In this document: positions 9,201-18,760 of the stretch, piece after piece | How positions within the stretch are numbered: the stretch's first letter is position 1 | How the letters are laid out: each line of letters opens with the position of its first letter | NCBI GenBank assembly: GCA_964526285.1 | Contig: CAZGIW010000006.1 | Coordinates: forward strand, 6,742 to 70,741 | Direction of reading: 5' to 3' | DNA: 64,000 nt | Source: an uncultured Bacteroidales bacterium | Lineage (GTDB): Bacteria > Bacteroidota > Bacteroidia > Bacteroidales > DTU049 | Notes under the pieces: model-generated | What the model was told of the DNA's origin: nothing | Seen by the model: the letters and a program-made list of their open reading frames with translations, nothing else | Database searches by the model: none | Position numbers and translations under genes: made by a program

Positions 9201-9634
9201 GCGAAATTGACTGGTCAAGAGAAGCGTTCTTTGTCACTGCAGGTAGCAGAACGTTTAAATGGACGTACATAAAAGATTATATCTACAGTGAAGGTGAAGA
9301 TGCTGCATGGATTGACTTTGTTGTGTTTCCTCCATTTCAAACAGATATTTCTGTCCCAGAACAATCAAACGTTTCACACTATATTACATGCTTCCCAAAT
9401 CCTGCAAATGATATGATAACAATATCTCTTGGGGTTTATAAATCTGATATCATCTCCATGGATATTGTTGACCTGAATGGGAAACTTGTTCTCTCTGTGG
9501 AGAACAATCTTATAATTGAACAGGGAGAGTATACAAAAACAATAAATGTTGCACATCTTTCAGCAGGAAATTACTATCTGAGGTTATTGTCGGACAAAGT
9601 ATCTCTGAACCATCCTTTTGTAATTGTCAGATAA
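6239..9634 (+). CDS. peptidase C25 (gingipain-like cysteine protease) with Ig-like/CARDB-like repeats and T9SS CTD
   Basis: ATG 6239 gives MKKIKFLIAIATVVF (the track starts at TTG 6215). C25 catalytic blocks are INYTGHGW (His) and WSVACVNGNF (Cys). Two NDAxGNxNGxxDxGET repeat domains follow. The C-terminus FPNPANDMITISL...LSAGNYYLRL is a T9SS CTD. Confidence 0.85.
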   Translation: MKKIKFLIAIATVVFTVFSPFCAYSQTNVTIISETSTEIIVKFQPSAPTFKSVETPWGTMQIPQVDKGTYVLKGGYPEMQKLTASVVISPQGSSDFEIIGADYYELENVDIAPSKGNLLRNVNPDDVPYVKSSVYSQNAYWPVSPATLKDPYNIRTMRGQTIVVTPFAWNPVSKSLRIYTEITVRISFTSSPGINELPQHVAGNESYDFERIYERQFLNYNSSSSKYTPVEEDGNMLIICHGSFLTEMEPFVRWKNQKGIPTEIVDVATIGNSAQIKTYVENYYNTNGLTYLLLVGDHAQVPASSTSAGPSDNNYSYIVGSDRYPDIFVGRFSAENVGHVTTQVERSVQYEKYPEIAGTWYKKGAGIASEEGPGHNNLYDHEHLQQIRLKLLAYNYSDVTEHYEGSQGGLDMPGDPTALQVLDDLNSGASIINYTGHGWDQGWGTSGFSNTHVDQLTNVNKLPFIWSVACVNGNFTTTTCFGEAWLRATHSGQPTGAIGIMASTINQSWNPPMSGQLEMVDILIESYSGNIKRSFGGISMNGCMKMNDDYGTGGEDMTDTWVLFGDPSLVVRTDTPAPMTVTHQAQAIIGNDNIDVQCNVDGALVCLSIDGVILGRGYVNSGNVNIMFSPLTTIDPIDVVVTAYNKQTYLGTINVIPPAGPYVIRETVVINDAAGNNNGLADFGETIQLNVTLKNIGVDPATNVTATVSSANTNITITGNNATFGNIAAGGSHLVNNAFSFTVNDSITDQEIVWFSIAATDGVDVWNSTFSITLNAPVLSVTTVQVNDAGGNQNGRIDPGETVQLIFNTLNDGHADSPLATGQLSSGSSNVTITNASVNAGALPLGQTTPVAFEVTIDPATPIGTVIDFSYTCSANPYSTSKQISMAAGLIVEDWESNDFSSYPWTTSGNAPWTIISGTNVFEGGFAARSGVISDDQQSILSVTLNIVADDTISFYKKVSCEYGSQWSQWWDYLVFHVNTTEMGRWDGEIDWSREAFFVTAGSRTFKWTYIKDYIYSEGEDAAWIDFVVFPPFQTDISVPEQSNVSHYITCFPNPANDMITISLGVYKSDIISMDIVDLNGKLVLSVENNLIIEQGEYTKTINVAHLSAGNYYLRLLSDKVSLNHPFVIVR

Positions 9635-9641
9635 CAGGCGT

Positions 9642-10697
9642 TTATAACTTAATGCCTGACATAGTGTATGTTTGACTGTCTGAATGTATTCTGAAAACAT
9701 ACATTCCTGGTGGAATTAATGACATATCAAGTGTTTGGGGATAGTGTTCAATATTAAATGTGTATAAAACAATCCCTAAAACTGAGTAAATTTTAAGAAC
9801 TGATGCTTCTTTTGTTGTTGCTGACAATGTGATATTGTCTGTAAAAGGCATGGGAAAAAGCGAGAAGCATGAAATTTGAGAGTTAGAAATTCCGGCATCA
9901 GGACCCCATATCTGGCGCGCATATCCGGGATGGTCAATAAATGGATTGCGATTGTTTTGAATCTTAAAAATTGAATCATTTCGCGAAACTTCTTTCATAT
10001 CAACAGGGTCATTTTCATGCCATTGCAGATATAAATTGATAACCCATTGATTGAAAGCAGGCCAGGTGGTTCCGTCAAGCACTGCCGATGCTCCTGCCTC
10101 ATTTGCTGGCCATCCGGAAATCAGATGTTCATATCTTGTTACCATATAAAAAAGAATTCTGGCAAAATCACCCTTGTATTCATCCACAGGTTCAAACACT
10201 GTTCCACTGTATCCGGGAAAATTACTTGTGCCCAGTTTACTTCCGTTGTAAGATGTCCAGCTAACACTTCCAACCTGTCCGAATGGATAATTTGATCGTT
10301 TATTGTTTGTCCATGCATCAACAGGCACTATGTGATGAAGATCGGCATACATGGGGTAGATCTCGCCTCCAATCCAACTTGTTGGGACTGAATGCTCACG
10401 ATTGAAACAATCACATTCTGCTGAATAATTTCCACACTGATCAGTGACAAACTGAAAATTGCAATCCGAATACATGTCCCAAACCTCACCAGAAGATTCT
10501 TTGTCGGTCTTTTCAAAATGCAGCCATAAGGATGCATATGTATTTGAAGTATGTCCGCTACTGATAATCTGAAACAATGCTGTTTTTAAATCCCCCTGAA
10601 TTTTTCCTGTTGCCTGATTATAATATCCGGGAGGAATCTGTCCCGAAAGATGTTGAAAAACAAGCAAAAAGAATAGAATACAAACTGGTTTTTTCAT
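9642..10697 (-). CDS. endonuclease I family extracellular nuclease with T9SS CTD
   Basis: Start at ATG 10697 (MKKPVCILFFLLVF, signal peptide ending SGQ). Endonuclease I blocks are REHSVPTSW, DLHHIVPVDAWTNNKRSNYPFG, FEPVDEYKGDFARILFYM and NRNPFIDHP. The C-terminus is a T9SS CTD. Confidence 0.85.
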   Translation of the reverse strand: MKKPVCILFFLLVFQHLSGQIPPGYYNQATGKIQGDLKTALFQIISSGHTSNTYASLWLHFEKTDKESSGEVWDMYSDCNFQFVTDQCGNYSAECDCFNREHSVPTSWIGGEIYPMYADLHHIVPVDAWTNNKRSNYPFGQVGSVSWTSYNGSKLGTSNFPGYSGTVFEPVDEYKGDFARILFYMVTRYEHLISGWPANEAGASAVLDGTTWPAFNQWVINLYLQWHENDPVDMKEVSRNDSIFKIQNNRNPFIDHPGYARQIWGPDAGISNSQISCFSLFPMPFTDNITLSATTKEASVLKIYSVLGIVLYTFNIEHYPQTLDMSLIPPGMYVFRIHSDSQTYTMSGIKL

Positions 10698-10892
10698 TAA
10701 AGCCAAATCTTCTGCAAAGATAATGCTTTTCAGAAGAATAAACGATACATGATTGTGCCTGATGAATTCTATCAAAAGCACACCCCCTTATGATACATTC
10801 AGTAATCATTAAATATTGGACACTTGTTAATACCTGGATGTTAATTTTGTGTTAAACACAAACAATTTAATTTAGACTACATAAAAACAAAC

Positions 10893-10900
10893 TATCTTTG
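10893..10900 (+). promoter_or_regulatory. Bacteroidota sigma-A -7 box (TAnnTTTG)
   Basis: TATCTTTG lies 28 nt upstream of ATG 10928. Confidence 0.5.
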
Positions 10901-10927
10901 CAAAATAAATCTTAAAACAAAAAAATT

Positions 10928-11275
10928 ATGAAAACAAAATATTTTTTAACATTCATATTCTCGCTCTTGCTTTCATTTGCTGTATTTGCAGAAGGAGAAG
11001 AGGGAATAACACAAGAATCAGCATTTAACCAGATGTTTTACAATGAAATCAGTTCTCAGTTGTACTTTCCTGATGAAGCAAGATCAATGGGTCTTGAGGG
11101 TTTTGTGCTTGTGAGTTTTGAAATTGGAGCCAATGGTGATATTGAAATTCTTGAGATGAACAGTAGTGATATGATTTTTTACAATGCAGCCAAAGAGTCT
11201 TTATCAAACATATTGTTATGTTCACATGCACAAGGGAATGTATATAACATGCAGTTTAATTACAAACTATATTAA
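10928..11275 (+). CDS. small secreted TonB-C-terminal-domain-like protein
   Basis: 115 aa with a signal peptide. The block FPDEARSMGLEGFVLVSFEIGANGDIEIL resembles the TonB C-terminal fold signature. Confidence 0.5.
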   Translation: MKTKYFLTFIFSLLLSFAVFAEGEEGITQESAFNQMFYNEISSQLYFPDEARSMGLEGFVLVSFEIGANGDIEILEMNSSDMIFYNAAKESLSNILLCSHAQGNVYNMQFNYKLY

Positions 11276-11292
11276 AAACGGACCCCTTAGCC

Positions 11293-11501
11293 TTGTAATG
11301 GCGTTTTTCGGTATACGTTAGCGAAGCGCGTATTATCATCCGAAGTACACGAAGTGGACTAAGGATGGTAACGTTTTACGTTTATCGTATAACGGCCGAT
11401 CACCGAACAACGCAGCCGATACTCGCAGGAGTTCACCATGCGAAGCATGGCAACCGCTCCGAAGGAGTCCCTCACGGGAAACACCGTATAAAGCAAAAAA
11501 C
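11293..11501 (+). ncRNA. candidate structured RNA or small non-autonomous element, copy A
   Basis: GC-rich island in AT-rich DNA with stops in all frames. The 5' arm 11303-11317 can pair with the 3' arm 11485-11501, and there are five CGAAG-centred mini-hairpins. It is homologous to the reverse complement of 21595-21805. Confidence 0.35.
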
Positions 11502-11685
11502 AGATTGTTGCTGGCAGTAACGAAATTGTTTAAAAAGTTGCTATGTAAATTTTACAATCATGCAGTAAAACTACCATCTGTCCCCAGATTTTTTACTTGT
11601 CCCAAAAATTCAACGATTTTTTTTTAGTAGCGAGCAGTTACAAAAAAGAAAAAAAAATTAAATTTTCTTGTCAGGCACAAAAACA

Positions 11686-12129
11686 CTAGTATTTTTGTTC
11701 TTTAAGAAATCGTCCTTCTTCATCGTAAAACTTCCACACTCCAACGGGTTCATCATTTTTATATTTGCCTTCATAATATAATTTCCCGTTGGGGTGATAT
11801 ACTTTTCTGTAGCCGTGCGACAATCCGTTTTTAAATTCACCTTCACTCCATAGGTTTCCGTTATCATACCAATACTTCCATTCTCCGTGTCGTTCTCCAT
11901 TTTTGTTAAATGTGCCTTCCATTTCCTTTTGTCCGTTTTGATAATACAAAATTTCTTTGGTTAACACCTTTTGATCTCCTTTTTCTTTATAAAACCGAAC
12001 TGTTTTTTCCTGTCCGGGAGACCATGTTTCTTCAACAACTTTAATTTCAGGAGAGGTTGAACATGATGATAGTAGAAAATGAACAGCAGTAATTAATAAG
12101 AAGGCGTGTATAAACCTTTTCGTATTCAT
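11686..12129 (-). CDS. MORN-variant / YwqK-like repeat lipoprotein
   Basis: Start at ATG 12129 (MNTKRFIHAFLLITAVHFLLSSC lipobox). Repeated G-x-W-x-x-Y-x-x-G modules are present (HGEWKYWYDNGNL, HGYRKVYHPNGKL, VGVWKFYDEEGRF). Confidence 0.65.
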   Translation of the reverse strand: MNTKRFIHAFLLITAVHFLLSSCSTSPEIKVVEETWSPGQEKTVRFYKEKGDQKVLTKEILYYQNGQKEMEGTFNKNGERHGEWKYWYDNGNLWSEGEFKNGLSHGYRKVYHPNGKLYYEGKYKNDEPVGVWKFYDEEGRFLKEQKY

Positions 12130-12136
12130 AGTGTTG

Positions 12137-12781
12137 TTATTTTTTCTTGCTATTTGAGTAGCGTTCATTAAGGAGGGTTAGTACTTCTGTGGTGATATTA
12201 AACTCAGGATTGGTATAGAGAATTCCAACACCCTGTGTATATCCTAGAATATAGTCATATTGGTATTCTTCATTTACAATGGCCATTGCAACATTGAGAG
12301 AGTCATACACTCTTTGAGAAATGTCAAATTCTTTTTGGGCAATCTGGGAGGAATATTCTTCGCTAAGTTGAATAAGCGATTGTTGCTGTGCCATCAGGTT
12401 TTCTTCAGTTCTTTTTGCATCATCGTAACTGATATTTCCCGATTGTACTTTGCTCTGATAACTTTGAATTTGTCCCTGCAAAGATTTTTCTCTATCCTGA
12501 AGGTCTTGTTGCAAACTCATTGTTTCTGTTTCCAGTTCAGCTTTCAAATCCTGAAAAAGCGTATATTGGCTTAGCAGAGTATCAGAATCAATATATGCAA
12601 TGCTAATACAAGAGCTGTTTTGTTGCCCCTTTGAATTATTTTTGTTTTTGGTAAGGATAAGAATAACACAAATTGCGATTCCAATAAAGAATACGATATT
12701 CAATACCGTTTGAATGTTTGAAAATCCTGAGTTTTTTTCTTTTCCTTCAATAGGTTCAATCTTTTTAATTTCTTCGTTCAT
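12137..12781 (-). CDS. OmpH/Skp-like periplasmic chaperone
   Basis: 214 aa with an N-terminal TM/signal anchor. A Q/E-rich coiled-coil core is flanked by IAYIDSDTLL and YDYILGY blocks typical of OmpH. Confidence 0.7.
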   Translation of the reverse strand: MNEEIKKIEPIEGKEKNSGFSNIQTVLNIVFFIGIAICVILILTKNKNNSKGQQNSSCISIAYIDSDTLLSQYTLFQDLKAELETETMSLQQDLQDREKSLQGQIQSYQSKVQSGNISYDDAKRTEENLMAQQQSLIQLSEEYSSQIAQKEFDISQRVYDSLNVAMAIVNEEYQYDYILGYTQGVGILYTNPEFNITTEVLTLLNERYSNSKKK

Positions 12782-12795
12782 GATTTTTTATTTTT

Positions 12796-15024
12796 TTAGT
12801 TTCCAAGGTCGGAAATGAATTTAATTCTCATGAGTCTGACTTCTTCTTCAGAGTATTCGTTTTCTCCAAGAGCCAGTAATGCTTCCTGAATTGAATCTGT
12901 TTCAGCAGATGAAAAATATTCATAAATATCCTGCTGGTGGTATTCATCCACAACCTCATCAATATAATAGTTCAGATTTACTTTTGTTCCACTGGCAACA
13001 ATTCGTTCAACCTCGTCTAGTAGATCACTGAATGTCAATGTTTTGGCCAAAGCAATCTGCTCAAGTGGAATTTTTCTGTCAATTGATTGAATGATATATA
13101 CTTTAAGACCGGATTTATTAATTACTGACTTAACAACAACATCATTTGGCCTTGTGATGTCATTTTCTTCAACATATTTTTTAATAATTTCCACAAAGGG
13201 CTGGCCATATTTTTGAGCTTTTCCAACACCAACACCTGAAATATTTTTCATTTCTTCAAGTGTAATTGGATATTGAATAGCCATATCTTCCAATGAAGGG
13301 TCTTGAAAAATCACAAATGGGGGCAAATTTTCTTTACGTGCAATTTCTTTTCTAAGGTCTTTCAAAAGAGAAAACAGCATTTTGTCTGTGCCGCTTCCTT
13401 TTTGCATGCCACCACTACCTATAAAATCGTCATCATCACCATCCGAATCATAATCATGGTCTTTTGCCATTTGAATTTCGTAAGGATTTTTCAAAAACTT
13501 CTCACCATCAGGAGCCATTTTAATTACGCCATAATTTTCAATATCCTTATTCAGCAGTTTGATAATCAGCATTTGTCTAATAATGGCATTCCAAAATTTA
13601 TCATCATAGTCCATGCCAGCTTCAAAACACTCATAGGATTTAACCTTTGGGTTTTTGAGAGTACCTGTTACATTACCGGTTAAAATGCTGATAAGCTGCT
13701 TGGCTTTGAATTGTTGGTTGGTTTCTTTCACAGCACTCAGCACTGTTAATACATGTTCTTTTGCTTCAAATTTCATTTTTGGATGTAAACAATTATCACA
13801 GGTTGAACAATTTTCAGATTCATAGGTTTCACCAAAATAATGGAGAAGTTGTTTTCTGCGGCATACAGATGATTCAGCATAAGAAATTACCTCCTGAAGA
13901 AGTTGTAGGGCAATTTCCTGTTCGGCCACAGGTTTGTTTTTTCCGAATTTTTCAATTTTTTGAATATCATCATAGCTGTAAAAGCCAAGACATTTGCCTT
14001 CACCTCCGTCACGTCCTGACCGGCCAGTTTCCTGATAATAGCCTTCCAGGCTTTTTGGCATGTCATAGTGAATAATAAATCGCACATCGGGCTTGTCAAT
14101 TCCCATTCCGAAAGCAATAGTAGCAACAATTATATCAATTTCTTCCATCAAAAACATATCCTGATGCATTTTTCGCGTTTTGGCATCAAGACCGGCATGA
14201 TAAGCAACTGCTTTTATTCCGTTTACCTGCAAGGCAGCAGCAATTTCTTCAACTTTTTTTCTGCTCAGACAGTATATTATGCCTGATTTTCCCAAATGTG
14301 AACGTACGAATTTCAATATTTCCTTGAAGATATCAGTGGTTTTTGGCCTTACCTCGTAATACAGGTTGGGTCTGTTAAATGACGATTTGTAAATGATAGC
14401 ATCGGTCATTTGTAATGTTTTCAGTATGTCCTGTTGTACTTTTGGTGTTGCTGTGGCTGTAAGTGCAATTATTGGGACTTTTTTTCCAATGGTTTCAATA
14501 ATTGGGCGAATTCTCCGGTACTCAGGTCTGAAGTCGTGTCCCCATTCAGAAATACAGTGGGCCTCATCAACGGCATAAAAACTAATTTCAATGTCGCGCA
14601 AAAATAATATATTGTCTTCCTTATTCAAAGACTCTGGTGCAAGAAAAAGCAATTTAGTCTTTCCTGACAACAGGTCTTCTTTTACCTGATGAATTTCTCC
14701 CCTTGATAATGATGAATTTAATACATGCGCTATTCCAGTATCAGTACCAAAATTGCGCATATTATCAACCTGGTTTTTCATAAGGGCAATAAGTGGAGAA
14801 ATAATAATTGCCACCCCATTGGTCATTAGGGCTGGCAACTGATAACACATAGACTTGCCACCACCAGTGGGCATTATCACAAATGTGTCTTTTCCATCCA
14901 TCAAACTCTTGATGATGTATTCCTGATTGTCCTTGAACTTATCAAAGCCAAAAACCTTCTTCAGCACTTCACGTAAATTTATTTCCTGTGTTTTCGGCAT
15001 AACAGCTGTTTCATTTAATAACAT
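12796..15024 (-). CDS. recQ: ATP-dependent DNA helicase RecQ
   Basis: Helicase motifs are present: PTGGGKSMCYQLPA, the DEAH box (VDEAHCISEWGHDFRPEY), TATAT and the RQC zinc region CRRKQLLHYFGE...CDNC, plus a C-terminal HRDC-like region. The start could instead be ATG 15000 (MPKTQEIN). Confidence 0.92.
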   Translation of the reverse strand: MLLNETAVMPKTQEINLREVLKKVFGFDKFKDNQEYIIKSLMDGKDTFVIMPTGGGKSMCYQLPALMTNGVAIIISPLIALMKNQVDNMRNFGTDTGIAHVLNSSLSRGEIHQVKEDLLSGKTKLLFLAPESLNKEDNILFLRDIEISFYAVDEAHCISEWGHDFRPEYRRIRPIIETIGKKVPIIALTATATPKVQQDILKTLQMTDAIIYKSSFNRPNLYYEVRPKTTDIFKEILKFVRSHLGKSGIIYCLSRKKVEEIAAALQVNGIKAVAYHAGLDAKTRKMHQDMFLMEEIDIIVATIAFGMGIDKPDVRFIIHYDMPKSLEGYYQETGRSGRDGGEGKCLGFYSYDDIQKIEKFGKNKPVAEQEIALQLLQEVISYAESSVCRRKQLLHYFGETYESENCSTCDNCLHPKMKFEAKEHVLTVLSAVKETNQQFKAKQLISILTGNVTGTLKNPKVKSYECFEAGMDYDDKFWNAIIRQMLIIKLLNKDIENYGVIKMAPDGEKFLKNPYEIQMAKDHDYDSDGDDDDFIGSGGMQKGSGTDKMLFSLLKDLRKEIARKENLPPFVIFQDPSLEDMAIQYPITLEEMKNISGVGVGKAQKYGQPFVEIIKKYVEENDITRPNDVVVKSVINKSGLKVYIIQSIDRKIPLEQIALAKTLTFSDLLDEVERIVASGTKVNLNYYIDEVVDEYHQQDIYEYFSSAETDSIQEALLALGENEYSEEEVRLMRIKFISDLGN

Positions 15025-15171
15025 TTTTTATTGACCTGCAAAGATATGATTTTTTTAATTTTTTCAATTCTTTTATGCAAACTTAATTCATTATTTCAAC
15101 ACAAAAAACATTTTTTTCATTTTTTTGCAAAAAAAGATGTAATTTGCACTGGTTTTTAATTATATATTACA

Positions 15172-15525
15172 ATGACAAACAATAATATTGTTAATGAATT
15201 CAGAGAATACCGGGAAAAAATGAACAACAAAATTCTTGGTGCTGATAATTTACCTATAAAAAGACTTTACAGTGTTGATGCGCTAACTTATAATGATGGT
15301 GCTCTGGATGCCAAAACAAAGGAAATGCTTGGATTATGTGCTTCTTTGGTGCTCAGATGTGATGATTGTGTCAAATATCACCTTGAAAAATGTATGGAAT
15401 TTGGTATCACTAAAGCACAAATATTTGATATCTTTGCGGTTGCTTCTGTTGTGGGAGGAACCATTACAATCCCTCATATGAGAAGAGGACTTGAATACTG
15501 GGAAGCCCTTGAAAATCTCAAATAA
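15172..15525 (+). CDS. carboxymuconolactone decarboxylase (AhpD-like) family protein
   Basis: 117 aa with the CDDCVKYH CxxC motif in an AhpD-like context. Confidence 0.75.
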   Translation: MTNNNIVNEFREYREKMNNKILGADNLPIKRLYSVDALTYNDGALDAKTKEMLGLCASLVLRCDDCVKYHLEKCMEFGITKAQIFDIFAVASVVGGTITIPHMRRGLEYWEALENLK

Positions 15526-15530
15526 ACCAA

Positions 15531-17978
15531 ATGATTCGAATCAATGTGCTTCTGTTGTTTGTTTTTGCTGCAGGTAGTTCTCTGTTTGCACAAAACTTGC
15601 TGTTTTCAGGATATGTGATGGATGCAGAAACTCATGAACCCATTGAGTTTGCCAATGTGGCAATTTTGGGAACAACTTCTGGGACAACAACCAATCAGAA
15701 TGGATATTTTCAATTTTATGCTCAAAAACCTTCTTCTGATACAATTGTTTTTAGTGCCGTTGGATATGAGAGAAAAAAAATTCCAGCGAACATGTTTACC
15801 AAAGAAGGAATCACCATTAACTTATTACCCGCAAATATCAATCTTCCTGAAGTAGTCATTGTGCCTGGTGAAAATCCGGCTGAAATTATTCTGAGAAAAG
15901 TAATTAGTGCTAAATCTGTCAATAATCAGGAAAACACGGAGTACTACTCATGTCTTGTATACAACAAACTCAGATTTGACCTGAATAATTTTGATGAACA
16001 AATCAGTCAAAGAAGATTGTTGCGACCCTTTGCTTTTGTATTTGAAAATACTGATACATTTCCGGAGACCAACAAAACTTTTTTACCAGTGTTTATTACT
16101 GAATCTATTTCCAGTTATTATTACAGAAAATCACCCCAAACAAGAAGAGAAATCATCAGAGCATCTAACATGTCGGGGCTGGAAAATGAAAGCGTTAGCC
16201 GCTTTTTGGGAGCGATGTATCAGCAAACATCTGTTTATGACAATTTTATTATGCTGTTTGAAAAAAACTTTGTCAGCCCCATTGCCAACAATGGACTTCT
16301 GTTCTATCGGTATTATCTAACCGACAGCATCATTTCTGATAATGAAAAATTTTTCAAAATTGATTTTGTGCCAAAGCGCAAACAGGAACTCACATTCACC
16401 GGGCATATGTGGATTCATGATCCATCCTTCGCAGTTCATTCTTTTCAAATGACTACAGCCCAGGATGCAAATATTAATTATGTGAACTATTTCTTTATGG
16501 CTGCTGAATATGAACCAGCAGAAAACACATGGGTAAAAAAAAGAGAATCTGTCATTGCCGATTTTAATATGCTGAGTGCAAACAGTTCAACCCCTGGATT
16601 TTTTGCACATAAAATCACGGTTTATCAAAATCATTCTTTTGATCCGCCTCAGGATGATAAAATCTTTGCCCGTCAGGAATTTGTCATAAGAGAAGATGGC
16701 CATGCCTCACATTCTGATGATTTTTGGATACAAAACAGACCCGAAATGCTCAGTAAACATGATCTCGCTGTTTATGAAATGATAGATTCTGTTACCAACA
16801 CAAAAGCATTTCGCACCTGGTCAGATATTGTTCAGCTAATCACAACAGGGTATTATGTGGGAAAATATCTTGAATATGGGCCCTACATGTCGGTTGTTAG
16901 CTTCAATGCTGTTGAACAAACTCGATTCAGGTTTGGTATTCGAACAAGTAATAACTTCAGTACCCGGTTTATGCCAAATGCACACATTGCCTATGCAACA
17001 GGTGACGAAAAATTCAAATACGGTGCAGGAGGAATACTTATGTTGAGCAAAATTCCACGCAGACTCATAAACTTTCAATATAAGTATGATTATGAACTTT
17101 TGGGAAAAAGCGAAAATGCATTCCGTGAAGACTTTTTGCCCGCAACATTGCTCACAAGAAATCCCAATAACAAACTGACAATGACCAGGCAATTCAGATT
17201 GCTCTATGAATATGAATGGTTCTCAGGCTTTTCAACAAATCTTATTGGGGTACACAAAGAAATGTTTGCTCCATTAAATCAGGATTTTTTCTTTAAAAAT
17301 AAAACAGCGATTATAAGTCAACCGAGTATAATAACCAGTGAGGTTAGTGCTGAAATTCGGTATGCATATAAAGAACGTTTTGTGGGTGGTGAATTTGAAA
17401 GAATCAGTCTAGGGTCAAAGTATCCCATTCTTCGCGTGCGCACAACCATGGGATTTGGAGATTATGAGTATCAAAAACTTCATTTGAGTTTTTCTCATTG
17501 GTTTAATGTGCGTACTTTCGGTTGGTCTAAATACATCATTAATGCTGGCAAAACATGGGGCACACTGCCATATCCGCTTTTAAAAATGCACGAAGGAAAC
17601 CAATCTTTTGTGTTTGACGAAATGGCATTCAATATGATGAACTATTATGAATTTCTCAGCTCACAATGGGTCAGCATGTATTATACCCATCATTTCGACG
17701 GGTTCTTTTTTAACAGAATCCCTTTGCTTAGAAAACTTAAGCTGAGAGAGGTGGTTTGGGGAAAAATCCTTGTGGGAAATCTGGATTCGGAAAACTACAA
17801 TTACAATATATTGCCAGAAAATATGTTTGTTCTAAACGAACCCTATGTTGAGGCTGGTGTGGGCATTGAAAATATTCTTAAAGTTATGCGTCTTGATGCA
17901 GTATGGAGATTGAGCCATCTGAACAATCCCAACATATCAAAATTTACTTTGCTCATTGGTTTTCAATTTTATCTGTAA
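15531..17978 (+). CDS. carboxypeptidase-regulatory-like domain + DUF5686 protein
   Basis: 815 aa with a signal peptide (LFAQ). The N-terminus [36 protein letters not shown] is a CarboxypepD_reg fold. The long C-terminal region is beta-rich. Confidence 0.65.
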   Translation: MIRINVLLLFVFAAGSSLFAQNLLFSGYVMDAETHEPIEFANVAILGTTSGTTTNQNGYFQFYAQKPSSDTIVFSAVGYERKKIPANMFTKEGITINLLPANINLPEVVIVPGENPAEIILRKVISAKSVNNQENTEYYSCLVYNKLRFDLNNFDEQISQRRLLRPFAFVFENTDTFPETNKTFLPVFITESISSYYYRKSPQTRREIIRASNMSGLENESVSRFLGAMYQQTSVYDNFIMLFEKNFVSPIANNGLLFYRYYLTDSIISDNEKFFKIDFVPKRKQELTFTGHMWIHDPSFAVHSFQMTTAQDANINYVNYFFMAAEYEPAENTWVKKRESVIADFNMLSANSSTPGFFAHKITVYQNHSFDPPQDDKIFARQEFVIREDGHASHSDDFWIQNRPEMLSKHDLAVYEMIDSVTNTKAFRTWSDIVQLITTGYYVGKYLEYGPYMSVVSFNAVEQTRFRFGIRTSNNFSTRFMPNAHIAYATGDEKFKYGAGGILMLSKIPRRLINFQYKYDYELLGKSENAFREDFLPATLLTRNPNNKLTMTRQFRLLYEYEWFSGFSTNLIGVHKEMFAPLNQDFFFKNKTAIISQPSIITSEVSAEIRYAYKERFVGGEFERISLGSKYPILRVRTTMGFGDYEYQKLHLSFSHWFNVRTFGWSKYIINAGKTWGTLPYPLLKMHEGNQSFVFDEMAFNMMNYYEFLSSQWVSMYYTHHFDGFFFNRIPLLRKLKLREVVWGKILVGNLDSENYNYNILPENMFVLNEPYVEAGVGIENILKVMRLDAVWRLSHLNNPNISKFTLLIGFQFYL

Positions 17979-17991
17979 TTTTGTCCCAATT

Positions 17992-18717
17992 ATGAAACTA
18001 AGAACAGAGAACATAGTTAAAAAATATAAAGGGCGTACTGTAGTCAACCAGGTGAGTGTTGATGTGTCGAGAGGTGAAATTGTGGGACTTCTGGGACCCA
18101 ATGGCGCTGGAAAAACAACGTCCTTTTATATTATTGTAGGCCTGATTAAACCCAATGCCGGAAAAGTGTTTCTTGATGATAAAGAAATTACAGATACTCC
18201 AATGTATAAACGTGCCCAAATGGGAGTGGGTTATCTTGCTCAGGAAGCGTCTGTTTTCCGACAACTCAGTGTTGAAGATAATATCAAAGCTGTTTTGGAA
18301 TTTACAAAATACTCCAAAATTCAGCAACAGGAAAAACTGGAATCATTGCTTGATGAGTTTGGATTGCAGAAAATTCGCAAAAGTAAAGGCAATCAACTTT
18401 CAGGTGGAGAGAGAAGAAGAACAGAAATTGCCCGAAGTCTTGCTGTTGATCCAAAATTCATTTTACTTGACGAACCTTTTGCCGGCGTTGACCCAATTGC
18501 CGTTGAGGATATTCAACAAATTGTGATAACATTGAAAGAAAAAAATATTGGGGTGTTAATCACCGACCATAATGTTCATGAAACACTTACAATCACAGAC
18601 AGAGCATATCTTCTTTTTGAAGGCTCTGTGCTAAAGTCAGGCTCGGCCGAAGATCTTGCATCCGACGAACATGTAAGAAGAGTGTATCTGGGACAAAACT
18701 TTGAACTGAGACGTTAA
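17992..18717 (+). CDS. lptB: LPS export ABC transporter ATP-binding protein LptB
   Basis: Start at ATG 17992 ([15 protein letters not shown]). Walker [10 protein letters not shown], signature LSGGERRR and Walker [13 protein letters not shown] are present, with the typical LptB length. Confidence 0.88.
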   Translation: MKLRTENIVKKYKGRTVVNQVSVDVSRGEIVGLLGPNGAGKTTSFYIIVGLIKPNAGKVFLDDKEITDTPMYKRAQMGVGYLAQEASVFRQLSVEDNIKAVLEFTKYSKIQQQEKLESLLDEFGLQKIRKSKGNQLSGGERRRTEIARSLAVDPKFILLDEPFAGVDPIAVEDIQQIVITLKEKNIGVLITDHNVHETLTITDRAYLLFEGSVLKSGSAEDLASDEHVRRVYLGQNFELRR

Positions 18718-18760
18718 ATTTTATGTATTTTTACAAATTGTTTGAAAAAGAACTGGTTTT

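Noticed and set aside
10698-10781. N-terminal extensions of track ORFs (also 34771-34842, 42513-42587, 32331-32366, 61511-61579, 17956-17991, 38442-38471).
   Set aside because: The internal ATGs give canonical N-termini or signal peptides (MKKPV..., MDYNHPLY..., MNVLGIGNALVD..., MRKLRS..., MKTRFKIW..., MKLRTENIV..., MSYFFTSES...). The upstream extensions overlap promoter regions.
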